The notes under the pieces are model-generated. The model worked only from the letters and a program-made list of their open reading frames with translations. It made no database searches and was not told the origin of the DNA. This document shows positions 10,501 through 23,500 of a stretch of 64,000 nt of DNA, in pieces (position 1 is the stretch's first letter; every line of letters starts with the position of its first letter). A program made the position numbers and the translations under genes. Origin of the DNA: Gekko japonicus (lineage: Eukaryota); contig NW_015170912.1 of the NCBI RefSeq assembly GCF_001447785.1, positions 414,977-478,976 of the forward strand, read 5' to 3'.

Positions 10501-13500
10501 GCCACTGGCCTTTTCTCTGGCTGCTCTATTTTTTAAAATCTTATTGTTTTTGTGACATAAGTGTCATCATGCCACCCCAGCACCAAAAACCATCTAGCTA
10601 CGGGGGCTGATATAATCTGAGAATTCAGCTGTGAAAGCTCAGCATGTTAAAGAGAGAAAAAGGAAGAAAGATGAAGCAATGAAAATGGGTTGTCTGTTGC
10701 TTTGCACTTCCCTAGAATAATTCAGACACTACTCCATGACAGACGAAGAATGAATCTCTGGTCTTATATGATTAACAAAGAAAATGTCCCCAAAATATTG
10801 ATCAAAACAATGATGAAATGCTGATTATTTAAGTTGTTTTTCTGACGCAAACGAGCAGCTTGTATCACTACAACAGATTGCACATGCTGCAAAGAAATAA
10901 CATGTTTTGTCTTTCAGTTGTGGTATAGGAACCTATTATGGAACTATCAGTGGTCCATGCCCCTACTTTAGCGCACAAAGGAAGGACAAAATTGCCTACA
11001 TGCCACCTGGGAAGAATCTATACACCAATCCAGGGAAGAAAGGAACTGGCTATGGGTAAACCATCACAACTATTAAGTTGCAGTTTGTGATCTATCTTTT
11101 TAAAAAAACTTTGAAAACTGTCAAACATTGGCATCAACCGCTGTTTCGTTTTCTCTACCCAGGTATCCAAATGTTACAATAGGTAAACAGTACTCACATT
11201 CAGTTGAATTATATGACATAGGAAGAATAACTTATAAGGTAAAATTCTATTGGATGATTTCCATTTAATGATTACCGGTATGTAGACAATATACCCCCTT
11301 TTCAGATGATTAGCAGTTACCTGACTGTACACCTGCATGGCTGTACATGAATTCTATGATTTCTAAAGAACAGGATATTACTCTTGTTCGATATATTTGC
11401 AGAATCACGGGAGGGAATTGCTGGAAGGCATACATTCAGCTAAGATTTACAAAAAAGTAATTAACAACAATGAGCAGTAAAACACAACTATTTTGTGCCA
11501 GCAATATGTTAGGGAAGCCTGTCCTCTTTTCTCTTTTACTCTGAGGCTGATTCTGCAAGTTTAAAAAGTATTATAACATGTCCTGCAGAGAAGAGTGAGT
11601 GCATGTATGTGAGGCTGCATACATCTGAATTTGTAACCTCAACCCGCCCTGAACCATGTGACATAGAAGTCGGGCCTCACATGTATATGTTTCACCTTAT
11701 TTTATTCCTAATTCAGTTTGAAACTGTATTGGCTGCTTTAGGACCCTCTGGGGAGAAAAGGTGGCCTGAAAAGTTCACATCTTAAAAAAGAAGAAGCTTT
11801 TATGGAGCTAGACTACATAAGGACAGTGCGAACAGTTAGGAGACTCAGCAATCCTTGGCCTAACTATCATACAAGAAGCCCACACGTTTTGTTCTCAGAG
11901 AGGCCCACTGCTGTCTGTTTGCTACATGGGTGGAATAAGGGGACAATAACGGGGGGGGGGATCCAAGCATGCTTTCAGTGCTGTCTCTATTACTTCATAG
12001 AAGTATATATCCCTTCCCCATGTGAAACTATGACAAGGAGGTACAAATGCAGAGCCTACAAGTTCTCCTCTTCACCGCTTCTGGGTATAGTGAACTCTTC
12101 ATAAATATTGATTATTTGCTTTAAGAAAGAGAGACTGTTCTGTTACTTGCTTTCTGCAGCTCTCCCCTTGGGATGTGCATGGCACATATTTTGCATTAGC
12201 AGTCTGGTACATACGCCCACTTCCTATCATTTACTATCAAATTTAACCTCTTTTCATATTATTTCACCAGTAAAACTAATCTGAATTTAATGTATGTAGT
12301 GTAATCTCTTCCAACTCCGGTTTTCATAGAAAATGTCTGAAGAACACCATCGGTTGCTGAAAGGTGGGCCTTTCAAATTGAACCTTTATCCCCGAGAGTA
12401 TTTTGACATGAATCCTTACTATGATGAAGGACCAATGCCGCCACCAAAGAGACTACCCACACAAGTACCACTTCATTCTGCCTTTAAACCAAGTTCTCCA
12501 GGAAAAAAAGTAAGCTTGTAAAAAAAAAATTATATAAAATTTTATTGTATTTAAATAAGAAGTAAGCCAAAGAATATAATTTCTGTAGGTTACAAGAGGG
12601 AATAAAAGGATGGGTTTTAAAACATCAACAGAGCATCTTACTCATCGGCTAACACAACCTCTGTGCACTGGAATTTTCTCATGTAAGCTTGAAGTAAGCT
12701 TGTAAAATGAAGATCTCTTCTTCATTTATCTTATAGAAGGCTAAATATTTTTTAAAACTCATTTTTAACATTGCAAGGTTATTTCCATTTAGCTAGGTAA
12801 ATAAACAGTTATAAACAAAGAAATTTAGGAGAAAAACAGCAAAAAAGCAAGGGCAGAAGCTCAACAGAATAGAATCAAAGTCCCAGAGAATGTCTGCAGT
12901 AGAAACTGAAGATGGGTGGCATTTTTGCAAGCCCAGCATAACCAGTACAAAGTGCCCAGCAGCACCAGTGCAATCACAGAGGGCCCAGCAGAACCCAGTG
13001 CCAATGTGGCCATGCCAGCTCAACAGAACTGATGTCAAGCACAGAATCACAATCCAAGTGAGGGGGGGGTTGGAAGCCCAGCAGGACCCAGTGCCACTGG
13101 CATTTTAAGCTTAAAAGGACTGATCTCAAAGCACAGAATCACAAATCCAAGCAATGGGAGTGGGATTTTGCAAGCTCTATGCAAGAAAATGGGAAGTGAA
13201 CACAAAGGAACCCTGGCAAAAAAACGGGGGGACCCTCTTGAAAGTGACATGACTAGTTTAAAACTGACAGTAGAGTTTCCAAGGCTGTAGAATTCGCCCT
13301 CCTGTTGCTTTGAAGTTTGGTAAACATTTTGTTTGAGTGGAGACAGTCTGTCTACAAACGTATCCATTCACAAATCCACAAACTGCTTGAAAGTCTGTGG
13401 AAAGTTCATGCTGTTTGACCTGCCATGAACTTCAGTTCACTAACCGCCTAAAATTGAGTCAGTTTGTGCCCATCTGTAGCTGTCTATTAGTGACAGATTG

Positions 13501-16443
13501 TGGGAGTTTGCCAAGAGGGACACAAGAGCCAGAAGTTAGTAACTAGTTTGTTATTTTAGAAATTTCAGTATGTACTTGAGCCTACAAATTGTCTAGTGTG
13601 TCACAGATGTACCATATATGATAAAATGAACCCTTTCCCCCCCTACTGTAGAAAGGCAGGATTCTATCTCTGTCAGAGATCTTCAGTGGTGTAAGAGTTT
13701 GTTGATGTTCGTTTTAAGATGGTCTTTCTGGATTTGAATGGCCAAAAGAGAGTCATAAATCTACTAGATCTGCTTATATTTCTTACCCATGCAAATAGGA
13801 TGCACTCTGAATACATTGGCTACTAAGTGATAAGTTTTCTTTGAGCTGGCAGTTAATGCATAAGAGGCTTGCTGAATAACTGTACAATAAAACATTGTTG
13901 AAAGATACAGTCCTTGCAAAAGCATTATTCATATAATGGATATTGTTTTTTCTTTGCTGCTGTTTAGATAAATATGAGTGTTTGGATTTGTGAAAATATT
14001 ATTAGTCATATCCCAAAATTTTGGGAGAAGAGGGGAGAGGACCAGTCTGCAGATAGTTGTTACCATAACTCATTTAAACCCCCTTCGTACATTGGGTGTA
14101 ATTAAAGGTAGTCCTAAAAGCAAGAGGCTCATATCCATGGGAGCTACAAAACATTTCTTCTTTTCTTGGAACTGACCTGTTCCAAACTTTTTCCGTTCTT
14201 TCTGAAGGATACGAAAGCAAATATTTTAAAACGTAATCTGATTGATCAATGCAGCCCTAATAAGTTCACTTTGTAATCAACCAAAAAAGTAACTACCCCT
14301 GATTAGAGGGGTATTGTGTTTAAAAAAATATCTAGGCCCATGAAGGCACCAAGGTGTTCCCTCTTCTCTCTCACACGCAGGAAGGGATGTCTCTTCAAAG
14401 ATGATAGCTGCCACCACATAGGTGCAAATATACCTACAACAATTTTTTTTGAAGCCCACTGGAGACAAGGGAGGGGGCTGAATGGTTCGTGGAGCAAAAT
14501 GCTTCTGGATATGGGCTGGAAGGTCCAAATATCCACACTAACAAAGCCAATTATGATATTCAGAATCATAGACTTAAGGTACAAATGTCTGTCCTCATGA
14601 GCCTTTCGGGATCCAAGGAAGGTAATTTTTAAACATCCGTGTCATTATCAAGAGGAGTTGGGAGTTAAATGTCAAATAGTATTTTTGAACTTCTGTTGGG
14701 TGTCTTTGTATTAACTAAGCATTTTCATCCAGTGCCCTCCAGTTGTTAATACTTCTTTGTCCTTCTAGCCAGGTGGCATGAAAGCAGGCACATTTGACCC
14801 TTATCCAACCCATTCTTCAGACCCATACGTAGTGAAGATGATTAAACCTATCACGACCAATAAACAAGGACGAATATATAACTCTGCTTCTACAACAAGG
14901 AGCAGACCAGTAAGAAGTATTATGGCTGCCAATGTTGAAAAGTAAGTATTACTTCTTGATACGGCTAAATTACTTGGAAGTTATGCCAAGAGCTCAAATC
15001 CTCTCATCCCAGTGGGTTCAGACTCTCTCTTGCTTTACTCCATGGTGAAGGAAATGTACTCAGTACGTTCTAGGGTATTCCAAAGTAGTCTTACTCAATA
15101 TGTTCCATGATTAAGCCCTTGCACTGAAAACAGATGGTTCTTCCTGGCCTAAATTAAATTGAAATTATTATTTCATAATATAATTTGTCCTGCTTTGCAA
15201 CTTGCATGGGGCAAGCATTGTTGTGCACCAGACCCACAAAACCTGCAGTCTGCTGGGCAAGACTAAGCCCAGCCAGTCAAGAGGGCAGCTTCCTGTTTCT
15301 CCTGCCTGGCACCGTAAAAGGATGGAGGTGGGGAGGTTTCTTTAATTACCCGTCAGACCACAATTCATGGTGTAGTTTCAGCTACATTCTAAGCTTCCAG
15401 ATGTTTTGTGCATCGCTTGTTAGTGAGCTGATCTGCGTGGTTTTTCTCTGAGCCAGCGCAAACATCTGAAAGGTTTACACAGCAGTGGAAAAAAATGGCA
15501 CATCAGTGGCTTACTCCGTAACAGCCACCATACAACAGCATCTCATGTGGCTTTAATACAGTGGATGCAGAGTACAGACTGGCTGCATGATTCAGTCTAG
15601 GTTATGAGTTTGTCAGATCTGCCGCTCCAAATGGTCCCTTCTGCCAGCAACTTCCTCGATAATAATAACCTTTCCTTTCTGTGGTACACTCAGTAATGTG
15701 ATTATGAGCTTTAATTAGTGGGATGAGGGTAGAGGGAAGGAGCATCTTTCTGGCATTTTTTTGATCAAGGAACGCAAGCGGTGTGTGCCTCCAGAAGCCA
15801 CTGTTAGCACTGAGCAGAAATTGAATTTCCTTCAAGTAATTTGGAATGATGTTTTGTCTAGCTGTGGCCAAAGACACTGGACAGGGCCAAGAGGATGTAG
15901 ATAGGGTCCAGTCTGTTACTTGAACTTGTTATGTCAATAGGTGAAATCCTGTTATATTACATTACATATGAAGCTGCCTTATTCCAGATCAGACCATTGG
16001 TCTATTGAGGTCAGTATTTGTTTACTCAGACTGGCAGCGGCTTGCCAAGGGTCTTTCCCACCATGTACTCTGTGGTCCTTCCAGCTAGCAATGCTGGGGT
16101 TGAACCTGGAAGACCTTCTACATACAAAGCAGATGTTCTACCACTGATCCATGGCCCCTGCCTAAAAGCTGCGCACTGCTCCCTATTCCCTATTCATTTA
16201 AATCAAAGCTGGATAGATAGTTCTGGGAGCAGTGCTACTGAGTACCCCATAGGCTTCTAGAGATTGCTTGGCCAGGAACAATACCTTACCTAGGGGAAGT
16301 GGGGATGAAATGCAGACATGTCTATGGATTCTTTCAGACAGAGACAGTAAGCCATGCTTCCAGTAAATCTTATAACATTTTCTTTATATTTCAGATCGTT
16401 AAATGTTACAAATTATAAGGATCCACAGCTGGCAACATATTAG
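4501..16443 (+). CDS. CFAP96: Cilia- and flagella-associated protein 96 (C4orf47), full CDS join(4501-4597,7102-7321,10918-11055,11163-11238,12330-12509,14769-14941,16395-16443), 310 aa
   Basis: Spliced peptide MPTEGKTDMERIGLFTEMEYITIGDKY...RPFNEAASKN...YTNPGKKGTGYGY...FKPSSPGKKPGGMKAGTFDPYP...NYKDPQLATY matches C4orf47 as recalled; all introns GT-AG, phases consistent, 933 nt. Confidence 0.95.
4885..5228 (+). mobile_element. Sauria SINE
   Basis: GCCAACCTAGCAGTTCGAAAGCA body and (ACCTTT)n tail; near-identical to 20815-21159. Confidence 0.85.
5458..5624. mobile_element. Foldback/MITE with perfect 62-bp inverted repeats (Harbinger-like GGC...GCC ends)
   Basis: Arms 5458-5519 and 5563-5624 are exact reverse complements; 43-nt spacer; no clean TSD. 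Confidence 0.7.
7102..7321 (+). CDS. CFAP96: CFAP96 coding exon 2
   Basis: PFNEAASKNRQMLPGG...LQAGYFDP...FLPSNGEKM; TTTTCAAG acceptor, GTAAGT donor. Confidence 0.95.
7532..7872. mobile_element. Non-autonomous hAT element (family A)
   Basis: TIR CAGRGGTCATTTCG; 8-bp TSD TATAAACG. Confidence 0.85.
8293..8779. mobile_element. Non-autonomous hAT element (family A)
   Basis: Related TIR; 8-bp TSD CTTACGCC; internal duplication. Confidence 0.85.
9583..9872 (+). mobile_element. Squam3-type SINE
   Basis: Same consensus as 522-785. Confidence 0.75.
10088..10609. mobile_element. Non-autonomous hAT element
   Basis: TIR CAGGGCCGTAGCTAG / CTAGCTACGGGGGCTG; 8-bp TSD ATATAATC. Confidence 0.8.
10918..11055 (+). 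CDS. CFAP96: CFAP96 coding exon 3
   Basis: CGIGTYYGTISGP...PGKNLYTNPGKKGTGY; CTTTCAG / GTAAAC. Confidence 0.95.
11163..11238 (+). CDS. CFAP96: CFAP96 coding exon 4
   Basis: YPNVTIGKQYSHSVELYDIGRITYK; CCCAG / GTAAAA. Confidence 0.92.
12330..12509 (+). CDS. CFAP96: CFAP96 coding exon 5
   Basis: KMSEEHHRLLKGGPFKLNLYPREYFD...FKPSSPGKK; CATAG / GTAAGC. Confidence 0.95.
14769..14941 (+). CDS. CFAP96: CFAP96 coding exon 6
   Basis: PGGMKAGTFDPYPTHSSDPY...SRPVRSIMAANVE; TTCTAG / GTAAGT. Confidence 0.95.
15968..16160 (-). mobile_element. tRNA-derived SINE with CR1-like tail (Squam2-like); second copy at ~60947-61136
   Basis: GAAGCTGCCTTAT...CAGACTGGCAGC...TTGAACCTGG...CTACCACTGA shared by both copies. 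Confidence 0.6.
16395..16443 (+). CDS. CFAP96: CFAP96 last coding exon
   Basis: SLNVTNYKDPQLATY*; acceptor TTTCAG; AATAAA follows at 16511 and 16743. Confidence 0.9.
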
Positions 16444-16510
16444 CTGTACAAAAACAAGGTGAATGATCTTTTCTGGGTTCTGTAGCATTTTAACAACTTG
16501 GAGCTCCTAA

Positions 16511-16748
16511 AATAAATGAAATTTCTGTGGCTGAAATAGGTCAAATATTGCAACACCTTACCACAATTGTATCCCACTTTTGACTATATTTCAACATATA
16601 AACAAGTAAATTGATAATATATTTTCCAATAATGTTTATAAAACGTGAAGGTAGTTTTGATGCAAGTTGTATTTAAGTTGTTAGGTACATGTTTATATGT
16701 TAGGTATGCATTGGGAAAAATTCTATATATATTGTTAGCAATAATAAA
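16511..16748 (+). terminator. CFAP96: Candidate CFAP96 polyadenylation signals (AATAAA at 16511-16516 and 16743-16748)
   Basis: Canonical hexamers after the stop; the second is followed by a GT-rich tract. Confidence 0.6.
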
Positions 16749-17421
16749 CACGTATCCTTTGTTGTGTAACTAACATCAAGGTTTTTTTAAAAGCCATTTG
16801 CCACCCAAACTGAATTGAAATGGAATGTTTCCTTCAAAGGATTTAGTACCTGCTTCTAGTTGATAGATACTAATTTAGATAAATGCAAGTGTTTCACTGG
16901 ATTGTTTTTCATACCAATTGTCAATGTTCTGAACAGCATTAATGTGCGAAAACATAGCATAACAATGAAAATCCCATTATCAAAAGCTCTTAAATATTCA
17001 GATTTTTTTTAAAAAAAATTAAGACTGTTTTTGTATTTTCATTCATTAAAGTTGCTTCATTTTCATTGACTGAACAATGACTGACTATAAAACTCAGTTG
17101 AATACCATATTTCTCAGAATGCAATAATATATAAATAACATCCCAAACTATTCCATTCTTCAGGAAAAGGCAAATGAGGGAAGAAGATAGTAAGGTAATG
17201 TTATAAATATAGGTTTAGAGGTGAGTTTTGCAGTTCACTTGGTTTTCCCTATCCGATCCTCAGGCATGTTTCTCTTCCCAGTTTCATCATTCTTGAATTT
17301 CTGATAGCTCTGCTCCTTGCTATATTTCTTGAGCAGAGACATTGGGAAGATACTTAGCCTCTAATTATCTGGGTGTGTATCGGTTGTGTGTGTAAAACCC
17401 ATGTGCAGAGCCCGCAAAGCA

Positions 17422-17594
17422 CTAAGTTGATGTCCAGAGCCTGCTATATTTCTTCTGCATAGTAGTGTGAAAGCTTGACTCCCTGTTCACAGATGTGGTG
17501 CAGCTGACTGAAACAGTGTGGTAATGCTGCCGGACAACTTTGTGATGCTCCTTCTCTGCCAGTTTCCTTCGGATTTCAGCAATCCTGCCACATT
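17422..17594 (-). CDS. CCDC110: CCDC110 probable terminal coding exon
   Basis: Phase-1 acceptor TTTGCTAG; ECGRIAEIRRKLAEKEHHK...RLWTST*; helical start; alternatives exist (see findings). Confidence 0.6.
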
Positions 17595-20500
17595 CTAGCA
17601 AATTGGAAATTTTGGAAAAGGTTGTTAGGATAGCGTCAGATCTAAATAAGCAGCCAGTTTAAAAGTGATGTTGTCAGAGAAGCCTTTCCTTCATCACAGG
17701 TAAACAGAAACAGAGAAAGTAGAGAAAGGTAAGCAGAAACAGAGAAAGTAACTGGATGACACTGTAAAGGCCTTTCCTTTTCCCCAGGGAGATGAGTTAA
17801 TGGAGTGCAGATGCCTCAAAGGCTGTGATGAGCAAGGTCAAAGTTGTCTTCGTGAGCATGCTGTGATTGATGTTAGGCATCAAGACAGAGGATGCAATCT
17901 ATCGATGCTCTGCTTGATCAGGATTCCCCTGTGCAGCAGTGCACCAAGTTGGGGAAGGGAACTATGGCAGCTTCTTACCTTTGACCTTGGTGTACAGAGA
18001 AGTTCTAAGGAGAGCATGTGAGGCAAAACCTCTGTCCCTGTCCAAAGGGCTGAGACAGCACCTTCCCAATAACACTAATTGGAGCAATTTCATGCAGCTG
18101 TCTTCATACCAGGATGGCCCAGGCTAGCCTGATCTCATCAGATCTCTGAAACTAAGCAGGTTTGTACTTGGGAGACCACCGAGGAAGTCTGAGGTTTTCA
18201 CAGAGGCAAGCAATGGCAAACCACCCTGAATGTCTCTTGCCCTGATAACCCTACCGGGTCACTGTAAGTCAGCTGCGACTTGATGGCAGTTTCGATGACT
18301 ATCTTCATACCGGTTTCACAGATAAATAGGCTGTGTCCTTTCTGACTTGCATACATATGCAACTGATAGTCACAACTAGAAGTCTCCCTCTTACAACCTG
18401 GGAAGTTGGATTGGTTACATGACTGTATGGCTCAACATCAATACAGCCAAGCAACCTCCTTCTGTTAAATTGTCCTTAATTAGCAGTGACTTGCCAAGTT
18501 GCTGTGACAGGGGTTGTTATGACTGTTACAGAAAGGAGCTCTTTGCCTCTCCTTCAGAGGACTCCAAGCCCCCTTTCACTTTGCAGCAACACTGTAGTTT
18601 GGTGACGTCACTCTGTGTTTCTGATGGGCCATAGAATGCTTTGCTGTGGAAACAGCATGCTCTCACCCTTGGCTTTTAAGAGTCAAAGCACCTATCCTGG
18701 GGCAGGGTAGCAGTGTAGGCAACCCACCTATATTGTTGCTTTATCTGCGCTGAAAGATTAAGAGATCAATTCTTTTTTCCCCCCCAAATACTCAGCAACA
18801 TTAGTACTGCCAAGCTGCAATATTTATTTTATCAGACATGCAGATGTTCTTTTTTCCCTCATTTAAAATCTACAGCTACACGGGAAATTACAAAAATGTC
18901 ATGCTTAAATTACAAATTGTGCACATCACTTCACAAATCTTGAAATGCTGCATTTTGTTGGAAGACGTATGAATTGTTTAATTTATTTTTACAGAAACCT
19001 AGAGGATAAGTGTCATTCATAAGGATATAATTTACCTGTAAAAGTTAGGTGCCAATCCAGCCACCCTAATTAGCATTCTGTCCCCCTTGTGTACGTAGCT
19101 TGGTATTGTAGGTAAATGAATGAGTCTGCCCTGACTAATTTCAAAGTCACGTTTTGTCATTCTGATTCTCGACTGCCCCCTACACTTTTTGAAATAGTTG
19201 CTAGCTGTTATCTATATATCTAATAGCCAAGGTCCGCTCTGCGTGCGGATATCTAAATCCGCACATCGGGGGCACCTGGGGGGCAAAGAGATTTTCCTGC
19301 ACACTTGGGGCATTCCCCAGGTGTGCAGAAAAATCTGAAATGTAGAAAAAACGACAGGGGGGATACTTAAATCTCCCCAAAAGTAGGAACTGTGCCTCCC
19401 CTCCGTTGCCATGGGGGGGGGATAAGGCTTGGCTGGTCGGCAGCTGGGAGCTGCACAGGCCTCGGCATCAGTGCCGGGGGGGTGGGGGAGAAGGCTTGGC
19501 GAGCCCAGCAGCTGGGAGCCGTGCGGGGGAGAAGGCTCACCTGCGGCTGCTTCCTCCTTCATGTGGAGCTCCTCCTGTGTCCCCCCCCCCGTGAGTATCA
19601 CAAGTCTCCGCTTCTTGTTAAAGAACACAAAACTGAATTACAGCTGAAGCCTCACTGTTATTACTTGAAGATAGATGCAGGAGGGGTAGCTGTGCCAGTT
19701 TGCAGTAAAATATTGACATTTGAGTCCAGTTAGTGACTTGGAAGCAAGTCTTAACTAATTTCAAGGAGATTTACTTCCAAACAACTATGTAAGGCTTATA
19801 TGATTATTCAAACAAATGACTATTTGGATTGTTTTGTCTGGCCCAGCACAGATGTATTAGTTCCCAATTTTAGAAGAAACTGTTCAAATAGTAAACCCAC
19901 AAACATTTGCTAATTTTGTGAACCAGAGAAAACATATCCAGGCTCCTCCTTTGGGGTGTTGTGGCTAACAGAAGAAGCTACAGTAGGATAAATAGTGTGT
20001 TAATTTAACTGGGAGATTAATAATCAGGAAGTTTAGTTTTTGTAACTGTAAACTGTAGTGAATTAGGATGACAAATAGAGCTATTTATAACACATTTTCT
20101 TGCGTTTGTTAATGTGCATACTCATCCCTCGACCACTATTTCAATTTAAACTACTGTTGACTGCTGGACTAGAGTTAAGGGTAAGGGAAAGTCTAATCAA
20201 ATAGGTGGGGGCAGGGAACATGACTAGCGAACATGAGAGAAGCCAAACAGACTCTAGAGAACACTGCCGGATTCTCCGTTGGATTCAAGAACATTCTGTA
20301 ACGTATAGAATATTGCAGTGCTAGTAGCCAAGTACAATCCAGGCTATTGATTTTTTTTTTTAAAGTTAGCCTGGATGAAGTATTCTTGGAAAGGCCTGGG
20401 GAGGGGAGGGTATATTTGTGAAAGTAGTAGAATCAATAGGCCTCAGCAGTCTTTCAAAACGGTGTGAACTTTTCTAAATTGATTTCTTCTGATCATTTGA

Positions 20501-23500
20501 ATTCATGTAGACAATCACACTACATCACAGTAAGCTCAAATATCCCAGAACAGGACAAATGGAGCTGCATTCTGCTGAGAAGCGAGGAAGAGTTAACTAC
20601 ACAGCAGGTCCGCATGTGATAGCATGTGCTTTCTGTATGGCCTCTGTATTATGCCAATTATCAATAAATTCCATAGTGGCAAACTTTAAGGGCACATGAA
20701 GACATTACCCCATTCTGAATCAGAGCTCCATCTGAAAGCAATCTAAATGTGCACTCTTGTTTGTTGTACAATAATATATTCCCTGGTAAAATTCAGCACT
20801 CCTAATGTGTGGTACTGCGGTGGCTCAAGTGGTTAAGACGCTGAACTGCAGGCTGTGGAAGGTCAGTAGTTCAGCGGTTCAAGACCCAGGTGCCGCAAGA
20901 CAGGGTGAGCTTCCGTCTTTAGTTCCAGGTCCTGCCAACCTAGCAGTTCGAAAGCAAGAAATTGCAAGTAGATAAATAGGTACCACTTCGGTGGGAAGGT
21001 AACAGCGTTCCGTGCGCCTTGGTGTTTAGTCATGCCGGCCACATGACCACGGAAACATCTTCGGACAGCGCTGGCTCTTCGGCTTTGAAACGGAGATGAG
21101 CACCGCAACCCTAGAGTCGGATTCGACTGGCTTTCGAGCAAGGGAACCTTTACCTTTTACTAATGTGTGGTATATGGTGATTTAGACAAAGTGGTTGTTG
21201 GAAAGGCACTCTAGAGATCACAGAATAGACCTTGATTAAAATTTGGTACCACTTAATGTCACTACATTGGCGAAACTTAAATTCCGGTTCAATAACAGGC
21301 TACAGACGATGATGAAGAGCTGGTTTTTATAACCTGTAGTGGTTAAGTGTGCGGACTCTAATCTGGGAGAACCGGGGTTGATTCCCCACTCCTCCACTTG
21401 CAGCTGCTGGATAACCTTGAGCAAGCCATAGTTCTGTCAGAGCTGTCCTTGAAAGAGCAGTTCTTGAAAGAGCTCTGTCAGCCCCACCCACCTCACAGGG
21501 TGTCTGTTGTGGGGAGGGGAAGGGAAAGGAGATTGTAAACTGCTCTGAGACTCCGAGTGAAGGGTGGGGTATAAATCCAATCTCCTCTTCTTTTTCTACC
21601 CTAGGGAATCTCAAAGCAGCTTACAATTTCCTTTCCTTCCTCTCCCCACAACAGGCACCTTGTGAGGTAGATGGGGCTGACAGAGTTCTGAGAGAACTAT
21701 GACTGGCCCAAGGTCACTCAGCTAGCTTCATGTGGAGGAGTGAGGAATCAAACCCAGTTCTCCAGATTAGAGGCTACCACTCTTAACCACTACTACACCA
21801 TGCTGGCCTGAGAACATGAAACCCTAGGAATGTCTACATTAGAAAAAATATGGTGTCTGTGGTAGTCCTAGAAATAAGCAATTCCAATACCAAAAGCAAC
21901 ATCTCTGTAATATTCACAATTAGTTGGATCCCACAGAGAACTTCTGCAGGCAGCAGGGGGTGATTTTCATTACCCCAGAGTAGCATTCAGAGTTTCCATC
22001 AGTGGAAGTGTTCAGGTTATGTGCAGTGTGACAGTTGAACATGCCACAACAACATTCCCATACTAAGAATGTATGTGTTTGCCTAGTAAAATTTAAGATC
22101 AAGCCATAAAGCCTTTAAAATAGCAGTGAGCTTATTGTGAATAGACATAAACACACTTTGCAGCTGTTTACTGGATTCACCTAACAGGATTTAATATCAG
22201 AAGAAAATTTTGGACCTTCTCACCTGACTCGTCACCCAGAAGCAATGAGAAATCCTTTGATTCAAGGAAGATGTTTTTACATAGGTGAATGTGCTAAGGC
22301 TCATGCTATTATGAGCGCAATGCCACTGCTGGTTCATGCTAGTGCCTTCTTACATACTACCAAAATATAAGGGCAAAATGTCTGTGTTTAAAAAAAATGT
22401 GATGTTTCATTATCATTGATTACCTGTGAAAAAACATCCNNNNNNNNNNNNNNNNNNNNNNNNNNNNNNNNNNNNNNNNNNNNNNNNNNNNNNNAAGGTT
22501 TATTACAGTTTCTTTGAAGGACAGATTGCTGCAGTTTGTCTGGGATTGCCTGGAAAAAAAGACAGTTTTATTTAAAACATACACATGTGCACACACACAC
22601 ACAAAGCCAATGGGAAGCACTGTGGTACCTACAAACTCATACAACCATCATGCATCATGAACCAATCCAACAGGCACCTGAAGTTAATCCTAATATCTCC
22701 TTGATGGTAATTCAGTGCTTAAGTTATACTAATTGTAAAAATAGACAGACAAAGCCTAGTGTCACACTTGTAAAAAAATATTTACAGTCTTTTCCCCCTA
22801 TACAGGTTCTTTAGTTAATTTTTCCCAACAATATTTACTTATGCCTTCTAATGAATACCTCTAGACATGTATGTAATATGGAAAAGCTTGAGCTCACTGA
22901 AAGATTAACTATAGTTCTTGATTTCTCAGCATAATATATGTCCCTAAGCATCTAGCAACTGAGGGCATGACTCAGGTACCACCGCAGGGCACAAAAGACC
23001 TCTCCCACTCCAAGAGTAACTTGTGGGTCAAGGCCACATTGAGGAGAGGAGGAGCTGGATGAGTATATGGAAAGAGTTCCCTGAGCTCCCATTAAAAGTA
23101 ATGGCTGCCTTCACGTCCTTGAGAGCCAGACTGGGAGGGTGTGGGAAGGATAAGTGCTTCATGCACACAGTCCTTTCTCACGCAGACAGATTGCACCATG
23201 CCATTTCAGGGATGTGACGATCCCCCTGATTTATTAGTGATTCTGATCTAAGTATTTCATGTCAAACCTTAACCCTAACAAATCCATTATTTTTTCAAAA
23301 CAATTTTGAATTAATCTGAGTCCGGTATATCAAAAGGCAGAACATACCTGGTGAATTATATGTTACAGAAATATGCTGGAAACTAGACATTTCTTCACAA
23401 ATTCCAGTGGGATCTGCAGGATCACCATCTGGCCTTCTGCTTCTTGAATTGGACCTTGGCTTATGGAGTTCATTGAATAAAGCGGTGACGTGGTCTCTTA

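Noticed and set aside
18127-18180. 5S rRNA gene
   Set aside because: Truncated, diverged, fused to an RTE tail and bounded by a TSD: a SINE
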